Below, piece after piece: positions 58,462 through 64,000 of a stretch of DNA of 64,000 bases. The number at the start of each line of letters is the position of its first letter. Position 1 is the stretch's first letter. A program made the translations under genes and the position numbers. The stretch covers positions 49,271,900 to 49,335,899 of the forward strand of contig NC_068982.1 of the NCBI RefSeq assembly GCF_001194135.2. Direction: 5' to 3'. The stretch comes from Octopus bimaculoides. Its lineage: Eukaryota. Below the pieces are notes generated by a model, which saw only the letters and a list, made by a program, of their open reading frames with translations, did no database searches and was not told where the DNA came from.

Positions 58462-59141
58462 TCATAAATATAAGGGATTAGCAATTGAGTTGCTTCTCCA
58501 ACATACTGAAAATTTAGAAATAGCAGTCAAAGAACTACTAATTCTAAACTACAAATTTTTCTCTAAAACGGATGGCGATATTTATGGCACACATAGAACA
58601 AATTTGTTAATTGTTAATTCTATTATTAATTGACGATTCCCTGCCCTCATTTCTTATATATATATATATATATAAAGACGACACATATTGAAACTTCTGT
58701 CCAGGTTTCATGAAGACAACTACCTCTACTCTGTAACTTTGAATTTTATTGCACATTACTACACTTTGATCTTAGCCTAAATATCCATCAAGCTGTCTCT
58801 GTCTCTGTCTGTCTTATACACACACATGCACACGCACACACATACACACACACCATGCACATCCTAGGTTTTATAAAAGGTACACCATACTTTTGCTTGT
58901 AGAGAGCATCTAAATTGTTTGGTGTCAGGAAAGGTATCTGGCTATAAAAACACGACCAGCACATTTTTATCACAGTATTTCTATCTAGTTTATTTTTGAA
59001 GACTAATTACATTCATACATCCTTACAGCAAATTATATATTTAATATAAATGTTTAAAGCATAGTAAAATAAGAGATAAATTACTTTTCTGGATATGTCA
59101 TATGTGTCCATGAGAATTAATATTCGCAGAACATCCAAGAA

Positions 59142-59270
59142 ATTCACTCACAAGGCTTTAGGCAGTCTGAGACTTTAGATGAAGACATTTGCCCAAGGTA
59201 CCATGCAGAGGGACTGAACCCAAGGTCAGATGGTTGGGAAACCAGCTTCTTAATCACATAGCCACACCTG
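59142..59270 (-). mobile_element. SINE family A head
   Basis: CACTCACAAGGCTTT..GACATTTGCCCAAGGTACC..CTTAATCACATAGCCACACC. Confidence 0.75.
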
Positions 59271-59391
59271 TATATTAATCAAATAAATCTGTGTATATAG
59301 TGCTTTGCTAAAGCCCAACTGTTATGTAGTTACTGTTAGTTAATAAATACATCCTTGCTTCTTTTCTATACAATTGTCATATGACCTAGCC

Positions 59392-59576
59392 CAGAACTCT
59401 GCAACCTTTTTCACTTGCGGTACATATATATTCTTCTCAAAATATGGCTGCACACCTGACCTAAAAATATAACTAAAAGCATAGGGAAAAAAAATTATAT
59501 CCAGGCTATACTGCAGTACACCTAGCATCGTCATGTAGCACACCAGTATGCCATGGCATACTGGTTGCAGAGCCAT
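59392..59576. mobile_element. hAT-type (MER5-like) MITE, degenerate
   Basis: CTCTGCAACC(TTTT) / GGTTGCAGAG ends; subterminal 24-bp perfect palindrome ACCAGTATGCCATGGCATACTGGT at 59542-59565. Confidence 0.6.
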
Positions 59577-61267
59577 TAAGATGCAGACTTGTGCCCCACT
59601 CCAAAAAATTTAGAAATTATTAAAGGCTAGTGGGGCCCATGGAAATTCCACAGAATGAAAAAGATTAAGTGACATTAAGAAAGAGAGGAAGATTTGCATT
59701 TATGCTTTTATTTTGTTAAGTTATTTCACTCCCAGTCACAATAATATATTACATGATTTTAAAATTTCCCTTTGTTAAGCACTTTATATTTCTCTCTTTC
59801 TTTTTACCTCTCATGTCCACTCATCACATGAGTAGCAGCATAATGCACCAGCTGGCTATCTGTCCTCTCAATCAGTCTCACATTCCCTCTTCCTCTCTCT
59901 CACTCCACCTCCTCATCTTCCTCATCCTCGCTAACAAACTAAATAGTAAAGTGTGAACAAACAGGTAGAAGAATAATATTACAGATTTAGTTCAATAAAA
60001 AGAAATACTTTTCACTATCAACACACTACCATCACCATCATAATCACCACTATAGTCTTCAGTAACAAAAGCTCATTTTATTTCAGTTCGGCTGTTTGTT
60101 TTTATCTACTTATTCTTACTGTCACTGTGTCTCTATTCTGACAATACGAATGCTCTCTGTCTCTCTATCTCTCAACATAATTTCCTCCCTTGTTCATATC
60201 TCTCTGTCTACCTTTCTTTAATCTCACCACCAGAACATCAACATCACTCTCTGCTAAATATTGTATCCTAAACATATCACTTTTTCTTTACTTTTCCCTC
60301 CCCACCCTACCACACATCGTTAATACTTCTTTCACCCTCATTCTCTCTCTCTCTTTCTCTCACTGTCTTTTTCTGTTGCTCTTCACCTCTCCCTTCTACT
60401 AACCATGTGATGTATATGACCTTAGTATATCATTATACTCCTCTCTTCTATCTTTTCTACTCACATTCCTCCCCACCTCTCTCTCTCACTTTTACTCCAC
60501 CTCACACTCACTCCCCCTCCATCTCTCTAACTAAACAAAGCATAAAGGCGAATGAACAAGCAGATAATTATATAGATATTTCAAGCTGTATATTATTATA
60601 TTTTGTCATTTATATTTATTATTCTTTATATAGAAGTAATGTTTGTCACCATTTCAACAAGACTGTCTGTAGAAACTGATGCTACTACCATTTTTAACTC
60701 CAAGAGGAAGCTTCCTCTTGATGGTTATTGATGCAATCCGCACCTGATATATATTGCAAGCAGGGGAGTGAACCCCTACCATCTTCCAGTGATCTGATAG
60801 GACCAGCAGACCATCTGGTTTGGGTTTTTTATTTTGCCCATCTTCAGTGCTGAACACCTGTCCATTAGAGATAGCAGTAGTTCATTCCAACTCACAATAT
60901 ATAGAAAAAAAGGAGATAATCAGTCACTGATCTTACAACAAACAAAATAGATAGTTAGAAAATCTCTATAAGAGATGAAAGTAGCAACTATACTGAGAAT
61001 ATTAACTCATGTATTGGAGATTTTATTAAGATTATATTTTTGACATTAACAAACTTCTTTATAAATCAGAGTATGCTATTAACTTCAAAAGTTAATATCC
61101 AATTTCTGTTTGTACAGCAAAACACCTATTATTATCCCTATGTAATTTTAATCTCTCATCAACTGGCACAGAGTCACTCCCTCAATATTACTTCCCACTT
61201 CCAGTTGAGGCGTTTTTTACTTGCAAGTTACTTGGTGGCCCTGTTGATGATGATGCCACATAAAGAG

Positions 61268-61311
61268 TATCAGTGAGTAGATTTCATAGACAGAAACTGA
61301 AAGAAGCCCAT

Positions 61312-61356
<45 letters not shown>

Positions 61357-61570
61357 GTCTGTATTTGTTCCCCCACCATCGCTTGACAACCGATGCTGGT
61401 GTGTGTATGTCCCTGTGATTTAGCAGTTTGGCAAAAGAGACCAATATAATATAAGTACAAAGTACAAAGAATAAGTCCTGGGGTCGATTTCTTCAGCTAA
61501 AACCTTTTAAGGCGGTGCTCCAGCATGACTGCGGTCAAATGACTGAAACAAGTAAAAAGATAAAAGAATA
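61268..61570 (+). mobile_element. SINE family A, 3' two-thirds
   Basis: GTGAGTAGATTTC..GAAACTGAAAGAAGCCC, (TG)n, CCATCGCTTGACAACCGATGCTGG..GGCGGTGCTCCAGCATG..GAAACAAGTAAAAAGA. Confidence 0.9.
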
Positions 61571-62883
61571 TATATTTCTAAAAATTATAGTCAGTGTATG
61601 TTGAGAACATAATTTAGTTAATGTACAGCTAGAATGCTGAATGAAATAGAAATTTTACTGATTAATGTGTTACAAACTATGGTTACTCTATGACAGATGT
61701 ACATGTTACTCTCTACCCACCAGAATTAATATATAACATGATAGAACCATCTATAAGCCAATGTGAAATGAATATTGTGTGACAACAATAGTGAGCTGGA
61801 GGTGAAATATATCATTTCCATGTTTGCAGATCAAAGGGAATGAGTTGTCATGACAAGTTCAATGCATCTGAACTGCCTGTAGGTTCACAAGGTTAGCTGA
61901 ACTTTTATATGATGTAAACTGCCAGCAGTCACAGGGTCAACTGAAGTTTTTACATGGGCATGATCTAAAGTTTAACATTATCCATGAAGAATATTCTTAA
62001 GGCACTTTATGATAACATGGAGAAGGGGGAAGAGGTGAAATGCATAGGGTTTTCTTGAATGCAGACCAAAAGTAATGTGGTGTCAAAGCGGGCTGTTTAT
62101 TTATTTCAATGGTTAAAAATTACAGGCTCTTCGTTTCTCAGAATTATAGCTATGAAAAAAAAAAAAACATTTTAATAGGCAGGGATGCAGACATTTAAAA
62201 TTACACTATTTTTTTTTGTGTGTGTGTGTGTGACCACCACGTTGCAATGACATGAAATTTTGCACAAAGGTAGAGAAAAATACGAATAACAACCACACAA
62301 ACTCGTCAAGCATGAAAAGTGTACATTAAATGAGTTATCATACTTATGATATTTCATAATTATGTCTGTCACCCTCTTGAGTCCAAAATTGGAAACTAGG
62401 ACAATGGCGTGCGTATTAGACTGCTTTTTTGTTGTGAAGGAAAGTGACATACAGAATGTCGAAACAAATCTGATTTCAGAATAAATAGGATTGTGAACTT
62501 AAATTAACATACTATTAGAGGGTCTTTTTCTTGGTTTTTACTTGAAATATGTTCACTTACTGAGGCACATTTGCAAGTCATTTAAATTGAATGGGAAAGA
62601 GGGAGGGGAGTTATGAAGGGTAAATTTTGTCTGACCTCCGAAGCATGTCAAATGTTAAGAAATACATGTAGTAATCTTTAAAGTAATAATGATGATCATG
62701 ATGATAATAATAACAATAAATAACAATAATACTTGTAATATTAACAAGACCAAAGAAACTCATCGTTTTTCTCTCATCTCCCTTATCCCTGTCTTACACT
62801 TTAAATCTTCGGATTTTTTTAAAGATATGCTAGGCTACTGGTTTTAATTGATTAATATCAATTTCTACCCTCATTATTAAATT

Positions 62884-62884
<1 letters not shown>

Positions 62885-62935
<51 letters not shown>
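62885..62935. repeat. (TA)n(GA)n compound microsatellite
   Basis: Direct read. Confidence 0.9.
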
Positions 62936-62937
<2 letters not shown>

Positions 62938-64000
62938 AGAGGAAGAAAAAAAAAATTGACGTACAGACGTTAGGTGTGCATGTGTTTTCTTGCATTCAAG
63001 AAAACACACACAACTGAGTTTGTCATAAGTTAGCCTACATGTGGAAATGTAACTTACTTTTGGAAATTCTCCCTAAAGAAATACCCAATTGACTGGTTTC
63101 AAATATGGGAATTTGAAATTCTGTAATTAAATTGATTGGGTGTGGAAACAGCTGTAGGCAGGAATTTCTCTACATGAATTCGAATGTCTTTGAATAAATT
63201 ATGTCAAATTTTTCTATTTTCTTCCTTTTTACATTCATAAAGTTTTTTAAATACAAATATGGTTCAATGATAAACTAATACTAATATACTTGGTTTTCAC
63301 TTAACACTGGCATATACCGGAGAACTAGGGTGCTTGCATCCCTTAAGGGAATTCAGTTCCTTGACTAAATAAAATTATATATATGTATATATATATATAT
63401 ATATATATNNNNNNNNNNNNNNNNNNNNNNNNNNNNNNNNNNNNNNNNNNNNNNNNNNNNNNNNNNNNNNNNNNNNNNNNNNNNNNNNNNNNNNNNNNNN
63501 NNNNNNNNNNNNNNNNNNNNNNNNNNNNNNNNNNNNNNNNNNNNNNNNNNNNNNNNNNNNNNNNNNNNNNNNNNNNNNNNNNNNNNNNNNNNNNNNNNNN
63601 NNNNNNNNNTATATATAAGGATCACATCATTTGTTTCTGCACTGCACACCTGTTTTAAGTTGCTCAGTTTAAATTCAAAAACCATTATAGAAGCACATTC
63701 TTTATAATTATTAAACAGTTGAATGCAGCTCAGAAACACCCATGAGTAGGTCCTCCATCAGGGCAGAATATGATTAATTCCTGTTGGATTCTTCTCATGC
63801 TATATTATCTTTGTATTGATCTTATACAAAGAGGAGTCCAACATGTGTATCTAGCCCTGGAATTAACCCTACTGTAGGCTATCCTACAGTAGGATAACCC
63901 TACTGTAGGTTATCATGTGGTAGCCAAATAATGACATGAGAGCTTTTATATGCATGTTAGGTTCTCACTCATATATATATATATATATATACACTCATTT

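Noticed and set aside
60701-60720. Perfect 20-bp palindrome CAAGAGGAAGCTTCCTCTTG
   Set aside because: A 10-bp arm has a non-trivial chance of occurring once in 64 kb, and there is no supporting context.

Overview
AT-rich, repeat-saturated animal DNA, most likely an octopus (cephalopod) short-read scaffold. That assignment is inferred from the SINE families and microsatellite load and was not verified by search. There are 11 N-gaps (about 4.1 kb in total), nearly all bordered by microsatellites or other low-complexity tracts. I find no confidently supported host protein-coding gene, RNA gene or CRISPR array, and almost all long ORFs in the track are microsatellite or N artefacts. The window is a fossil record of transposable elements: a degenerate CR1-type LINE; two hAT transposase relics; an internally deleted Tx1/L1-type LINE that kept its 5' end; a 574-bp solo LTR with a 6-bp TSD; Gypsy gag, integrase and RT/RNase H relics; Penelope-like GIY-YIG fragments; a Tc1 fragment; several MITEs; and more than 35 tRNA-derived SINE copies. 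Three signals stand out. (1) Repeated locally templated insertion and fold-back scars: a 242-bp inverted copy of a neighbouring junction inserted in a LINE, a 62-bp exact copy of one local SINE, patchwork fillers, and a 72-bp fold-back centred on (TA)n. (2) A minimal hammerhead-ribozyme-like motif with a non-canonical CUGUUGA core, present in two copies of a Penelope-type terminal repeat. (3) An unclassified ~300-bp repeat cluster at 6.5-8.3 kb.
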